DNA of 63,187 nucleotides, the filler included, from Lenisia limosa (Eukaryota > Protista > Breviatea): the NCBI GenBank assembly GCA_001655205.1. It is 14 parts of 14 records of this genome, joined end to end, with 100 filler letters (N's around TTAATTAATTAA, not from the genome) between each part and the next. Parts side by side here need not be neighbours in the genome. Positions count along the whole stretch, not along the records: positions 51,641 to 63,187 come from LPNZ01008683.1; 13 more parts are not named here. One strand, given 5' to 3'. Position 1 is the first letter of the stretch. Each line of letters begins with the position of its first letter. This document shows positions 63,153-63,187 of the stretch, one piece after another. A model generated the notes under the pieces. The model saw only the letters and a program-made list of their open reading frames with translations, did no database searches and was not told the DNA's origin. Made by a program: the position numbers and the translations under genes.

Positions 63153-63187
63153 TAAGATGGGCCGATTTTTTTTGGAGGGTGGGGGTC

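Overview
This is eukaryotic draft-genome DNA, not prokaryotic. It is 14 separate scaffolds joined by 13 identical artificial 100-nt spacers (44 N + TTAATTAATTAA + 44 N), so adjacency across spacers means nothing. The source is an intron-rich flagellated protist (axonemal dynein heavy chain, DNAL4, CCDC13-like) using GT-AG introns and the standard code. I did not identify the taxon. Genes reconstructed by hand from exons: WDR4/Trm82, an ADCY10-type adenylyl cyclase, a bacterial/archaeal-type ferritin with 6 introns, CCDC13-like, a MYND-finger protein, a DNAH6-like dynein fragment, calnexin, a myristoylated PDZ protein, a large protein with a duplicated exon module, a pogo/Fot1-like DD36D transposase with 5 introns and an open frame, a CPR-like flavodoxin domain, a Cys-rich GCC2/GCC3 protein, DNAL4, USP39/Sad1 and several hypotheticals. 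Introns carry several interspersed repeat families: two TA-flanked MITEs and a non-palindromic, strand-biased element (family B) that repeatedly forms the 3' end (branch point, C-tract, AG) of host introns. Intron 5' ends tend to be G-rich and 3' ends C-rich. All alignments were done by eye from remembered family motifs, with no database searches, so exon boundaries and copy counts are approximate.
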